Assembly (NCBI GenBank): GCA_022784465.1
Contig: JALFUR010000004.1
Coordinates: 77,804 to 141,803, forward strand
Direction of reading: 5' to 3'
Length of the DNA stretch: 64,000 nt
From: Christensenella sp.
GTDB lineage: Bacteria; Bacillota; Clostridia; Christensenellales; UBA3700
The notes beneath the pieces were generated by a model. It saw only the letters and a list, made by a program, of their open reading frames with translations. It had not been told where the DNA came from and ran no database searches. The position numbers and the translations under genes are program-made. Below are positions 28,669 to 39,600 of the stretch, one piece after another; within the stretch, counting starts at the first letter, position 1; each line of letters starts with the position of its first letter.

Positions 28669-29447
28669 TGAGTAAAAAGTTAAATATTTGGTCTATAATT
28701 TATCCCTTTGCAGCTTTGCTTTTTATTGTAGCTGCATGGGGTATTACGGCAAAAATTATTGGACAAGAGATTATTTTGCCTACAATCTCATCTACGCTAA
28801 AAAGCATGCTAAATGTTTTTTGTGAGGATAAGTTTTTCCTTAGAATAGGAAGCTCGCTTTCAAGGTGTTTAATTGCCTTTTCGATTTCTTTTATACTTGC
28901 AATTATTTTTGCTTTGTTATCTAAATTGGTAAATCCAATAAGACAGGTAATGAAAGTATTTGTTCTTGTATTAAGGGCTGTTCCAACAATGTCATTTATA
29001 TTGTTTGCCTTGATTTGGCTTAGTTCTTTTAATGCTCCAATACTCGTTGCAAGTATTGTGTTATTTCCAATAATGTATGGTTCTATATTAACTAGTATAG
29101 AGAGTGTAGATAGCAATTTAATTGAGATGGCTCAATCATATAAAATTCCTATTTTAAAACAAGTAAGATATATGTATTTGCCACAAATGCAATCTCAAAT
29201 TTTTTCTATTGTAAGATCAAATATTAGTTTTTCAATTAAACTTATTATTGCAGCAGAAGTATTAGCTCAAACAAGAGATAGCATTGGTGTTTCTATGAAT
29301 AATGCAAGGCTATATTTTGAAATGGGTGATCTTTTTGCATGGACAATAATTGCAGTTGTGCTTGCCTCAATAATGGAAGCAGTTTTGTATTTAATAGAAT
29401 TAATTGTACGAAAACTGCAAAGGCGTGGTGTTAATGAAAATAAATAA
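28668..29447 (+). CDS. ABC transporter permease (BPD_transp_1 type)
   Basis: 259 aa, six TM helices, EAA-like loop (EMAQSYKIPILKQVRYMYLP). Start overlaps the upstream stop. Confidence 0.8.
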   Translation: MSKKLNIWSIIYPFAALLFIVAAWGITAKIIGQEIILPTISSTLKSMLNVFCEDKFFLRIGSSLSRCLIAFSISFILAIIFALLSKLVNPIRQVMKVFVLVLRAVPTMSFILFALIWLSSFNAPILVASIVLFPIMYGSILTSIESVDSNLIEMAQSYKIPILKQVRYMYLPQMQSQIFSIVRSNISFSIKLIIAAEVLAQTRDSIGVSMNNARLYFEMGDLFAWTIIAVVLASIMEAVLYLIELIVRKLQRRGVNENK

Positions 29448-30126
29448 TTTAAATATTGCATTTAAAGATTTAGTTTTATATAAGGATTTTTCACTAGATA
29501 TTAAAGATAGTGAAATCACTTGTATTCTTGGCAAATCTGGTGTAGGGAAAACCACTTTATTGAACGCTATATCGAATTCGAAAAATTATATAAATTGTAT
29601 AGATAATAATCTAAAAACAGCTTATGTTTATCAATCGCCACGATTAATTCCAACTATATCCGTATATGATAATTTAAAATTCGTTATGGATAAAGAAGAT
29701 AATAATCTTATAACAAAAACATTAGATGCTTTTAAAATTCTAGACTGTATAAATAAAACTCCTAATGTAATTTCAGGAGGACAAGCAAGTAGAGTGGCAA
29801 TTTGTAGGGCTATTGTATATAAGCCAGATATGCTACTACTTGATGAGCCATTTAAGGATTTAGATATAGCACTAAAAAAAGATTTACTTACACTTTTAAA
29901 AAACTATATGCATGAAAAGAAAATAGGAGCAATATATGTAACCCATGATATAGATGAGGCGCTTTATATGGCGGATAGGATTCTTGTTTTTGATGGTAGA
30001 CCTATTGATATAAAACTTGATTTAAAAATCGACGATTCTATAGATAAAAAATATGGATGTGAAGCGTTAGACAAATATAGACATATTGTATATAATTCTT
30101 TAATGAATGAAGGCGAAAATGTATAA
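29434..30126 (+). CDS. ABC transporter ATP-binding protein
   Basis: Walker A GKSGVGKTT, signature ISGGQASRV, Walker B LLLDEP, H-loop THD. ATG 29434 is preferred (overlaps the permease stop). Confidence 0.88.
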   Translation: MKINNLNIAFKDLVLYKDFSLDIKDSEITCILGKSGVGKTTLLNAISNSKNYINCIDNNLKTAYVYQSPRLIPTISVYDNLKFVMDKEDNNLITKTLDAFKILDCINKTPNVISGGQASRVAICRAIVYKPDMLLLDEPFKDLDIALKKDLLTLLKNYMHEKKIGAIYVTHDIDEALYMADRILVFDGRPIDIKLDLKIDDSIDKKYGCEALDKYRHIVYNSLMNEGENV

Positions 30127-30766
30127 ACTTGTTATATTTGATATGGATGGAACCATCCTAGATACACTTTTAGATTTAACTAATGCAGTAAATTATGCAT
30201 TAGATAAAGCACAGTTGCCATTAAGAAGCATTGATGAGGTTAGAAATTTTGTTGGCAATGGAATTGTTAACTTAATGAAAAGGGCAATAGGCAAAGAATT
30301 ATCTAAAGATGAGTTTGATATAATATTTAAAGATTTCTGTGATTTTTACGAAGTTCATTGCGACGATAACACAAAGCCATATGATGGCATTATTGATTTA
30401 CTAAAAAAATTAAGAGTAAATAATATAAAAACCGCAGTAGTTTCTAATAAGGCTCATTTTGGTGTTAAAAAACTTGTAGATATACATTTTAATGGCTTGT
30501 TTGACGAGTATCAAGGAGCAACAGATAAAATAAAGATTAAGCCTAATCCAGATAGTGTTAATGCCATTATAGATAAGTTCAAAATTAATAAAGAAAATGT
30601 TGTCTATGTTGGTGATTCTGAAGTGGATATAATGACTGCAAAAAATGCAGGTATTAATTGTATAAGTGTCTCCTGGGGCTTTAAATCAGAAGAGTTTTTA
30701 ATTAAAAATAATGCACAACAAATTGTGCATGATTCAAAAGAACTTGAAAAACTACTAATCAAATAA
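30119..30766 (+). CDS. HAD-family phosphatase (phosphoglycolate phosphatase-like)
   Basis: Motif I FDMDGT, motif II VSNK, motif IV GDSEVD. Overlaps the ABC ATPase stop. Alternative start at 30107. Confidence 0.8.
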   Translation: MYKLVIFDMDGTILDTLLDLTNAVNYALDKAQLPLRSIDEVRNFVGNGIVNLMKRAIGKELSKDEFDIIFKDFCDFYEVHCDDNTKPYDGIIDLLKKLRVNNIKTAVVSNKAHFGVKKLVDIHFNGLFDEYQGATDKIKIKPNPDSVNAIIDKFKINKENVVYVGDSEVDIMTAKNAGINCISVSWGFKSEEFLIKNNAQQIVHDSKELEKLLIK

Positions 30767-30943
30767 TTTTTTTATTGTACTATTTATTTCATTGTCTACT
30801 ATTTTTGGGTCGCTTTTAGATCCTTTTTGCATGTTCATAAGTAGGGGTAGAAGATTTAATAAATTAGCGTTTTTTCCATTTTGCAAAGAAGACATATCAA
30901 GCCCTGAATTATTAATTAAATTTAGCATATCTTTTATATCCAT
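30755..30943 (-). CDS. small hypothetical protein (62 aa)
   Basis: Good SD (GAGGAA 5 nt upstream of ATG). No recognisable domain. Confidence 0.45.
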   Translation of the reverse strand: MDIKDMLNLINNSGLDMSSLQNGKNANLLNLLPLLMNMQKGSKSDPKIVDNEINSTIKKLFD

Positions 30944-31002
30944 ATTTTCCTCGCTTTCACACTTTATTTTATGTGCTCATAAAATATTTATGAGGGAAAG
31001 CT

Positions 31003-31236
31003 ATGAAAAAAAATAAATTTAATACAAACAATATTCAAGATGATATAAATAAATACTCTTCCATGAGTCAAGATCAACTTATGGAAGAGCTTATAAAACA
31101 CGCAAAAGAGGGAAAACAAAATGGTTCAATAAACGATGCAACAATAGAAAAATTATATAATGTCGCTAGTGGCTTTTTAAATGAAGATGAAAAAGCTAAA
31201 TTAAAATCATTGCTTGAGATTGTCAAGAAAAGTTAG
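31003..31236 (+). CDS. small hypothetical helical protein (77 aa)
   Basis: SD GAGGGA upstream. Charged helical sequence with no recognisable domain. Confidence 0.45.
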   Translation: MKKNKFNTNNIQDDINKYSSMSQDQLMEELIKHAKEGKQNGSINDATIEKLYNVASGFLNEDEKAKLKSLLEIVKKS

Positions 31237-32343
31237 CATATCCATTAAATAATCTATATCATTTTCGCTATTGTTATATCCAATAGATATTCTTGTAAGT
31301 CCTTGTTTTATTGTGCCTAAATAAGAATGAATAATTGGAGCACAATGAAGTCCGCTTCTTGTGGCAATATCTTTACTGTCTAAAAACTCGCTTACTTTTG
31401 ATGATGGAAAATACTTGTGTTTTATTGAAATGATAGGCGAGTTTTTATATGAAAAGATCTCAAAGTTTTTTAAAGATTGCAATTTATGATGCAGGCGCAA
31501 AGATAAATTTTCTATTTTGCTATGTATTTTATCTAAGTTTTCTATTGTGTATTTAAAGCCGCTTTTAAACCCAATAATTCCAGGGGCATTTATAGTGCCT
31601 ACTTCATACCCGTCAGGCATAATATTTGGCTGAGATAGAGATTCGCTATTTATGCCGCTGCCACCAAACTTAATAGGGGATAAATTAAAATTTTTATCTA
31701 TTATTAAACAACCTAAGCCTTGAGGTGAGTGAAAACCTTTATGAGGAGCAATTGATGCGGCTGCAATGCCGTCTAAAGAAAAGTTTAAATGACCAGCAGA
31801 TTGGGCTATATCTAATACAACAGGTATGGAATATTTTTTAGATATTTCTTTAATTTTTGAAATGTTTAGATATGAGCCTGTTACATTTGACATGTGATTT
31901 AAAACAAGAAGCTTCGTATTAGGTGTTATGGATTTTTCTATATTATCTATATTAATTTCAAGATTGTTGTCTGGGTAAATAATTGTATAATAAGCTTTTT
32001 TAGTTAAACGCAAATGTTCTATTGGTCTTAATGAAGAATTATGATCAAATGCTGTTGATATAATATGAAAAGGTTTTTTAAAATTACTTGCATAACCTAA
32101 AATTGCCATATTTAGCCCGTCTGTGCACGATGCAGTAAAGATAATTTCGTGTGTATTTAAAACATTAAAATAAGATAATAAATCTTGTCTAAATAAAGCA
32201 ATTTCAGTAGCTAAATAGAGTGCATCTTTATGGGATGCTCTTGAGAAATTTGAGGAGTTGTATATAGTTTTTAATATTTCTTTTGCCATAATCAAAGGCT
32301 TAAATTTTGAAGTAGCTGCGTTGTCAAAATATATCATAATCAC
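31207..32343 (-). CDS. class V aminotransferase / cysteine desulfurase-like
   Basis: 378 aa. IYFDNAATS start, an internal HK (PLP lysine region APHKGF), and C-terminal SGLHCAP. Confidence 0.78.
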   Translation of the reverse strand: MIMIYFDNAATSKFKPLIMAKEILKTIYNSSNFSRASHKDALYLATEIALFRQDLLSYFNVLNTHEIIFTASCTDGLNMAILGYASNFKKPFHIISTAFDHNSSLRPIEHLRLTKKAYYTIIYPDNNLEINIDNIEKSITPNTKLLVLNHMSNVTGSYLNISKIKEISKKYSIPVVLDIAQSAGHLNFSLDGIAAASIAPHKGFHSPQGLGCLIIDKNFNLSPIKFGGSGINSESLSQPNIMPDGYEVGTINAPGIIGFKSGFKYTIENLDKIHSKIENLSLRLHHKLQSLKNFEIFSYKNSPIISIKHKYFPSSKVSEFLDSKDIATRSGLHCAPIIHSYLGTIKQGLTRISIGYNNSENDIDYLMDMLTFLDNLKQ

Positions 32344-32408
32344 ACCTTTTTAGTTTAGTTAATATAATATATTAAGCATCGAAATGTTTTATACATAGGT
32401 AATATACA

Positions 32409-32669
32409 ATGAATAAATATTTCGCGATAACATTTCGGGCTAAGCAAGATGCTATCTTGATGAGAGATAGTTTCTTGAAGGGAGGGATAAATTGCAGCAT
32501 AGTAAATGCAAATGGATGCGTCGATTCTGTTTGTGCTTATATGTTAAAAATAGAAAATATTTCTTTAAATCAGCTGAAATCTTTTCTTGGCAATTGTAAT
32601 CGAGCAAGACAAAACGTTTATATGGTTAAAGAGGATTTTAACAAAACGACTTGCTTGAAATTAATCTAG
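32409..32669 (+). CDS. DUF3343-like small protein (putative S/Se carrier-like)
   Basis: 86 aa, divergent from the desulfurase gene. The YFAITFR...A...... pattern recalls DUF3343. Weak call. Confidence 0.4.
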   Translation: MNKYFAITFRAKQDAILMRDSFLKGGINCSIVNANGCVDSVCAYMLKIENISLNQLKSFLGNCNRARQNVYMVKEDFNKTTCLKLI

Positions 32670-32674
32670 GTAAT

Positions 32675-32703
32675 GGGGTGGAATTTTCCACCCCTGTTTT
32701 TTT
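32675..32703 (+). terminator. rho-independent terminator
   Basis: ggggtgga / tccacccc 8-bp stem, 4-nt loop, T-run. Confidence 0.85.
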
Positions 32704-32803
32704 AAAAAGATAATTATTATGAACATTTTTTTATAAAAAAAATTTGCATTTAATGTTTATTTGGTAAATTATATTTGCTATAATACAAGCGGAGATAAAT
32801 GAT

Positions 32804-33811
32804 ATGGCACTTATAATACCTGAAGAATATGATTCAAAATTAAATATTAGAGAAACAGAAAAAGCAATTAGAATTACAAGAGATTTATTTACTCAATTAC
32901 TTAGCGATAAGTTTAACCTAGAAAGGGCGTCAGCTCCATTATTTGTAAAATCCGGAACTGGTATAAATGATGATTTAAACGGAATAGAAAGAGCAGTAAG
33001 CTTTGATATTTTATCTATGAAAAATGTTGAAGCTCAAATTGTTCATTCTCTTGCTAAATGGAAAAGACTTGCTCTATACAATTATGGATATAAAGTTGGA
33101 GAAGGAATATATACAAATATGAATGCAATTCGTAGAGATGAAAATCCAGATAACTTGCATTCTTTTTATGTTGATCAATGGGACTGGGAAAAAGTAATTT
33201 CAAGAGAAGATAGAAATATAGATTTTTTGAAAAAGACAGTTAATAACATTGTAGGATTAATTTGTGATTTAAAAGACAAATTGAATACTCTTTATCCTGT
33301 TTTAAATAAAACTATAAAAAGAGAGGTTACTTTTATAACCGCTCAAGAACTTGAAGATTTGTATCCAGATAAAACTCCAAAAGAAAGAGAAGAGATTTTT
33401 GTTAAAGAACATAAAACTGTATTTTTAATGCAAATAGGAGATGTATTAAAAAGTGGTGAACCACATGATGGTAGAGCTCCAGATTATGATGATTGGTCAT
33501 TAAATGGAGATATTTTATTCTATAACGAAATCCTTGATTGTGCTTTTGAAGTGTCATCAATGGGTATAAGAGTTGACGAAAAAGCTTTAAGAGAGCAACT
33601 TGCTAAATCTGAACATGAAGATAGATTGGTACTACCTTTCCATAAAATGATTTTAAATAACACCTTGCCATTGACTATAGGTGGAGGTATAGGACAATCT
33701 AGATTGTGTATGCTTATACTAGAAAAGGCACATATTGGAGAAGTGCATTCTTCAATTTGGCCAGATGATATGATAAATAAATGTAAAAGTTCTGGTATAA
33801 ATTTATTATAG
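32804..33811 (+). CDS. asnA: aspartate--ammonia ligase
   Basis: 335 aa. Class-II synthetase-like AsnA pattern (SMGIRVD, GGGIGQSRL) and matching length. Confidence 0.88.
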   Translation: MALIIPEEYDSKLNIRETEKAIRITRDLFTQLLSDKFNLERASAPLFVKSGTGINDDLNGIERAVSFDILSMKNVEAQIVHSLAKWKRLALYNYGYKVGEGIYTNMNAIRRDENPDNLHSFYVDQWDWEKVISREDRNIDFLKKTVNNIVGLICDLKDKLNTLYPVLNKTIKREVTFITAQELEDLYPDKTPKEREEIFVKEHKTVFLMQIGDVLKSGEPHDGRAPDYDDWSLNGDILFYNEILDCAFEVSSMGIRVDEKALREQLAKSEHEDRLVLPFHKMILNNTLPLTIGGGIGQSRLCMLILEKAHIGEVHSSIWPDDMINKCKSSGINLL

Positions 33812-33819
33812 AGATTAAG

Positions 33820-33847
33820 TATGCGCGTTATGGCGCATATTTTTTTA
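33820..33847 (+). terminator. rho-independent terminator
   Basis: tatgcgc / gcgcata stem, 6-nt loop, TTTTTTT. Confidence 0.8.
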
Positions 33848-33887
33848 TATAGCATAGTATTATATCTAAAAGATAAGGAGGGACACG

Positions 33888-35141
33888 ATGGGTTATAATG
33901 CTTATGAGAATTTTTTGGCAGTTGTAGATAAGGCTGCAAAGACAGTGGGAATGGATGAACAAGATTACATCTTGCTTAAACATCCAGAGAGAGAATTAAC
34001 AGTTTCTGTTCCAATAAAAATGGATGACGGAACCATAAAAGTTTTTGAAGGTTATAGGGTTCAACATTCTTCTTCGCGCGGGCCTTGTAAAGGCGGAATC
34101 AGATATCACCAAGATGCGGATATAAACGAAGTTAGAGCACTTGCTGCTTGGATGAGTTTTAAATGCGCTGTTGTAAATATTCCATATGGTGGAGCAAAGG
34201 GCGGAATTAAGGTGGATCCTTCTACTTTGTCTAAAGGCGAGCTTGAGAGATTAACTCGTAGATACGCTGCAAGTATTTTGCCTATAATTGGACCTGAAAA
34301 GGACATTCCTGCACCGGATGTAAATACTAACTCTCAAATTATGGACTGGATTATGGATACATATTCTATGATGCAAGGTTACACGGTTCCTGGCGTAGTT
34401 ACTGGAAAAGATTTGGCAGTAGGTGGGTCTTTGGGAAGACCTGAAGCAACAGGAAGGGGAGTTATGATTACCACAATGAATTTGCTTGAAAAACATAATT
34501 TGGATCCTAAAGATATTTCAATTGTTATTCAAGGAATGGGAAATGTAGGATCTGTATCGGCAAAACTTCTATATGAAAAAGGATGTAAAATCGTTGCTGT
34601 ATCTGATGTTTCGGGCGGAATAAGAAATAAAGATGGATTAGATATACCAAAAGTACTTGATTTTATAAAAGACAAGAAAAAGCTTTTGAAAGATTATGAA
34701 TCAAGTGATGTTGAACATATCTCTAATAAAGAATTGCTTGTTACTGAGTGTGATGTGTTAATTCCAGCTGCTATGGAAAATCAAATTACAAAAGATAATG
34801 CAAATGATATTAAGTGTAGTTATATTGTAGAAGCAGCAAATGGACCAACTACAAATGAGGCTGATGAGATTCTAGAAAAGAGAGGAATTATCTTGGTTCC
34901 AGATATTTTGGCAAATGCGGGTGGCGTTACTGTATCATATTTTGAATGGGTACAAAACTTGCAATCTTTAACATGGGATTTAGAAGATGTTAATGACATG
35001 CTAAAAAAAGTTATGGACAAGGCGTGGAAGGAGTTAGATTTAATTGCAAGTGAAAATAAATTAACATATAGAATAGCTGCATATGTTCTTGCAATTCGCA
35101 GAATATCTACAGCGACAAAATTAAGAGGAATGTTCCCTTGA
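33888..35141 (+). CDS. gdhA: glutamate dehydrogenase
   Basis: 417 aa. KGGIRYH, PYGGAKGG (catalytic Lys region), GMGNVG dinucleotide fold. Confidence 0.92.
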   Translation: MGYNAYENFLAVVDKAAKTVGMDEQDYILLKHPERELTVSVPIKMDDGTIKVFEGYRVQHSSSRGPCKGGIRYHQDADINEVRALAAWMSFKCAVVNIPYGGAKGGIKVDPSTLSKGELERLTRRYAASILPIIGPEKDIPAPDVNTNSQIMDWIMDTYSMMQGYTVPGVVTGKDLAVGGSLGRPEATGRGVMITTMNLLEKHNLDPKDISIVIQGMGNVGSVSAKLLYEKGCKIVAVSDVSGGIRNKDGLDIPKVLDFIKDKKKLLKDYESSDVEHISNKELLVTECDVLIPAAMENQITKDNANDIKCSYIVEAANGPTTNEADEILEKRGIILVPDILANAGGVTVSYFEWVQNLQSLTWDLEDVNDMLKKVMDKAWKELDLIASENKLTYRIAAYVLAIRRISTATKLRGMFP

Positions 35142-35163
35142 TTGTAATTTAAGATAATACTAT

Positions 35164-35198
35164 AAAATGCCGTTTATAAATAGTAAGCGGCATTTTTT
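35164..35198 (+). terminator. rho-independent terminator
   Basis: aaaatgccgttta / taagcggcatttt stem followed by a T-run. Confidence 0.8.
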
Positions 35199-35313
35199 AT
35201 GGCTTATTCGATAAGATAAAAACTTTTTAATACTCGCGTGTTTTTCTTTACAACACAAGCGCGAATAATTATAATAATAATATATTTATTATAGGAGAAC
35301 CTTGTAAAAACTT

Positions 35314-36645
35314 ATGGGACCGATTATAGCATATACTGTTGCAATTGTGATTTTAGTCTTATTATCAGGATTTTTTTCAGCAACAGAAACTGCTTATTCA
35401 TCAATTTCAAAATTAAAATTTAAAGCATTAACTGAGAGCGATAACAGAGCTGCTAGATGGGCAGGTGTACTTGGTGAACAGTACGATAAATTGCTTACAA
35501 CAATTTTGATTGGAAATAATATTGTTAATATCGCCGCTTCAGTAATTGCTACATTGTTATTTTCAAAATTAATTAAAGAAGAATCTATATCCGGTGTTGT
35601 ATCAACTGTTGTTATTACATTAGTTGTACTTTTTGTTGGAGAAGTAGCACCAAAGACAATGGCAAAGAGAACCCCTGAGCCTGTAGCAATTGCTTCAGCT
35701 CCGTTTGTTCTTTTTTTGTATTATTTGTTTTATCCATTAAATTACATTTTAGGAGCTTGGCAAAAATTTGTTACAAAGTTTTCTAGAAACAAAGAAGGGC
35801 AAGTTCAAATTACAGACGATGAATTAATTACTTATGTTGATGAAGCTCAAAATACAGGATCAATTGATGAGGAAGAAAGTGAACTAATTAAATCTGCAAT
35901 AGAGTTTGATGATTTAACTGTTGAAGATTCTTTGACACCAAGAGTAGATATAGAAGCACTTGATGTAAATTGCTCAGTAGAAAAAGCACTTGAGAAATTT
36001 AGAGAAACAGGATTTTCAAGATTACCTGTATATAGAGGAAATATTGACAATATCATAGGGCTTGTAAATGAAAAAGATTTCTATAAAGCATATCTTGCGG
36101 GAGAGAAAAAGCTAAGAAACATTATGACAAAGAATGTCATTATGGTTCCAGCTTCTATGAAATTGCCAGATATATTAAAGAAATTGCAAGGAGCTAAAAC
36201 TCATCTTGCTGTTGTTATGGGTGAGTATGGCGGTACTAGAGGTATCATTACACTAGAAGATATTCTAGAAGAACTAGTGGGCGAAATCTGGGATGAGCAT
36301 GATGATATTGTTGAAAGAATAAAGAAAATCGACGACAATTTGTATGAAGTTGTTGGCGATTTAAATATTGGAGAACTTTTTGAAGAATTTGATTTAGACG
36401 AAGAAGCAGACGATTATGAGCCAGTTACTGTTGGTGGTTTAATTGCTACTCTTTTAGAGCGTGCTCCTAAAACAAATGATAAAGTTCTATTTAAAAACTT
36501 AAAACTAACAGTACTTAAGGCTGAACAAAACAGAGTTTTGAAGGTTATGGTTGAAGTTTTAGAAAAGAAAGAAGAAGAAAAAGAAGATAGTTTGTTGCTA
36601 AAAGGAATTATAGGAAATAGCGACGAACAACAATCGGAGGATTAA
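35314..36645 (+). CDS. CNNM/TlyC-family protein (DUF21-CBS pair-CorC_HlyC)
   Basis: 443 aa. N-terminal 4-TM DUF21, then CBS pair, then CorC C-terminal domain. Glu-rich tail. Confidence 0.82.
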   Translation: MGPIIAYTVAIVILVLLSGFFSATETAYSSISKLKFKALTESDNRAARWAGVLGEQYDKLLTTILIGNNIVNIAASVIATLLFSKLIKEESISGVVSTVVITLVVLFVGEVAPKTMAKRTPEPVAIASAPFVLFLYYLFYPLNYILGAWQKFVTKFSRNKEGQVQITDDELITYVDEAQNTGSIDEEESELIKSAIEFDDLTVEDSLTPRVDIEALDVNCSVEKALEKFRETGFSRLPVYRGNIDNIIGLVNEKDFYKAYLAGEKKLRNIMTKNVIMVPASMKLPDILKKLQGAKTHLAVVMGEYGGTRGIITLEDILEELVGEIWDEHDDIVERIKKIDDNLYEVVGDLNIGELFEEFDLDEEADDYEPVTVGGLIATLLERAPKTNDKVLFKNLKLTVLKAEQNRVLKVMVEVLEKKEEEKEDSLLLKGIIGNSDEQQSED

Positions 36646-36648
36646 TAT

Positions 36649-39600
36649 ATGTACGACAAAGTTGACTCTAGCATGAATTTTATTGATAGAGAAAAAGATG
36701 TCATTAAGTTTTGGAAAGAAAATGATGTTTTTGAGAAAAGCATTAAACAAAACGAGGGCAATGAAGAGTTTTCATTCTATGATGGCCCTCCAACAGCTAA
36801 TGGAAAGCCACACATTGGTCATATTTTGACACGTGTTATGAAGGATATTATTCCAAGATATAAGACAATGAAAGGCTATCATGTTCTTAGAAAAGCAGGC
36901 TGGGATACTCATGGACTACCTGTTGAACTTGAAGTTGAAAAGTCTCTTGGAATGGATGGAAAAGAAGAAATTGAAAAATACGGCATTGAACCATTTATTC
37001 AAAAATGTAAAGAAAGTGTTTGGAAATACAAAGGTGAATGGGAAAAGATGTCTGACAGAGTTGGATATTGGGTAGATATGGATCATCCATATATTACATA
37101 TGATGACAACTATATTGAATCAGTATGGTGGGCTTTAAAAACAATATCTGACAAAGACTTATTATACAAAGGATATAAAATTGTTCCATATTGCCCAAGA
37201 TGTGGAACTGCACTTGCTTCTCATGAAGTTGCTCAAGGATATAAAGATGTAAAAGAAACATCAGTATTTGTTAAATTTAAAAGAGTAAATGCTGAAGGAT
37301 ATTTCTTAGCATGGACAACAACCCCATGGACATTGCCATCTAACGTAGCTTTATGTATGAATGCAGATGAAAACTATGTTGAAATCAAAGCAGAGAATGG
37401 TGAGGTATATGTACTTGCAGAAGCTCTTGCTCCTTCTTTATTTGAAAATTATCAAGTATTGTCTGTAAAGCAAGGTAAAGATTATGAATATCAAGAATAC
37501 GAACCATTATATAAAGTATATGATGGAAAACAAAAAGCATATTATGTTACAAACGATTCATATGTAACATTAACTGATGGTACAGGTATTGTTCATATTG
37601 CTCCAGCATTTGGTGAAGACGATGCTAATGTTGGAAGAAAATACGATTTGCCTTTAGTTCAAATGGTTGATGATGCAGGAAAACTTACAAAAGAAACTCC
37701 TTTTGCTGGAATGTTTGTAAAAGAAGCAGATAAACATGTTATCAAGGATTTAGCAGAGAGAAATCTATTATTTAAAGAATTGCAATTTGAACATAGCTAT
37801 CCATTCTGCTGGAGATGTGATACACCACTTATTTATTATGCAAGATCATCTTGGTTTATTAAGATGACTAAGGTAAGAGATCAATTGTTAAAAAACAATG
37901 CTTCAGTAAACTGGATGCCACCTACAATCGGTACAGGACGTATGGGTAATTTCCTTGAGAATGTTATCGACTGGGGTATTTCTCGTGAAAGATATTGGGG
38001 TACACCACTTCCAATTTGGGTATGTCAAGATTGTGGCAAGGTACATGTAATTGGTTCTAGAGAAGAGCTTAGAACTCTTGGTGGTTTAGATAAGGATATT
38101 GAGTTACATAGACCATATATTGATAATGTTACATTTAAGTGTGAATGCGGTGGAACAATGAAGAGAACTCCAGAAGTTCTAGATTGCTGGTTCGATAGCG
38201 GAAGTATGCCTTTTGCTCAATTGCATTATCCATTTGAAAATAAAGAATTATTTGAAAAACATTATCCAGCTGATTTTATTTCTGAAGCTGTTGACCAAAC
38301 AAGAGGATGGTTCTATACATTACTTGCAATATCTACATTGATATTTGATAAATCACCATTTAAGAATTGTATCGTTTTAGGTCATGTTAATGATAAAAAC
38401 GGCATTAAGATGTCTAAGCACAAGGGTAACGTTGTTGATCCTTGGTCAGTATTAGACGTACAAGGTGCAGACGCAGTTAGATGGTATTTCTATTCTTCTT
38501 CTGCTCCATGGTTGCCATCTCGTTTCTCAGCTGACAACGTTTCTGAAGCACAAAGAAAGTTTATGGGTACTTTATGGAATACTTATTCATTCTTTGTTTT
38601 ATATGCAAATATTGATGGATATAATCCAACTAAGTATAACTTGAAAGATTGCAAGCTTTCTCATATGGATAAATGGATTTTATCTAACTTAAATACATTA
38701 GTTGACACAGTAGATAAATATCTTGATCAATATAAGATTTTTGAATCTTCTCGTTTAATTCAAGAGTTTGTTGATGTTTTATCTAATTGGTATATTAGAC
38801 GTGGTAGAGAGAGATATTGGGGTAAAGATATGACAGAAGATAAAGTAGCAGCATATACTACACTTTATACTGTTTTAGTTACTCTTTCTAAATTGCTTGC
38901 TCCATTTACTCCATTTATGAGTGAATGTATTTATAGAAATTTAGTTTGCAATTTTGATTCTTCTGCTCCAATTTCAGTTCATTTGACACAATTCCCAAAA
39001 GCTGATTTATCTATGGTAGATAAGCAACTTGAATATGATATGGACTATGTATTGAAAGCTGTTACAATTGGAAGAGCTGCAAGAAATAAGGCAAATATAA
39101 AGAATAGACAACCTTTAGCTTCTTTATATATTAAATCTGATACAAATCTTTCAGATGAAAAAATGTTAAATCTTGTTGCTGAAGAAATCAATGTTAAAAA
39201 GGCTGAAATGGTAACAGATGATCAAAAGTTCATGACTTATGAATTAAAGCCACAATTAAAGACTGTAGGTCCAAAATATGGTAAGTTCTTAGGCGGAATT
39301 AGAGAATATCTTTCAAAAGTATCTTGCAGCGAAAAAGCAACTGAAATTGTTGATGAAGTAAACAAGGGCAATGTTCATACATTTGAAGTAAACGGAACTA
39401 GTATTTCATTAGGAAAAGAAGATTTATTGATTGCTCCAGTAAATAAAGCAGGATACGCATTAGAAGTTGATGGATCTATGACTGTTGTACTTGATACAAA
39501 CTTAAATGAAGAATTAATCAACGAAGGTATTGCTAGAGAATTGTCTTCTAAGATTCAAACAATGAGAAAGGAAGCAGGCTTTGAAGTTGTAGATCATATT

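Noticed and set aside
30792-31016. 74-aa plus-strand ORF
   Set aside because: It is antisense to the 62-aa minus-strand ORF, which has a much better SD. Its translation is hydrophobic and low-complexity, and it has no SD.
32670-32803. Checked the asnA, serC and CNNM-ileS upstream regions for T-box leaders
   Set aside because: The regions are too short, and no specifier-loop or T-box (GGTGGTACCGCG-like) sequence was seen.
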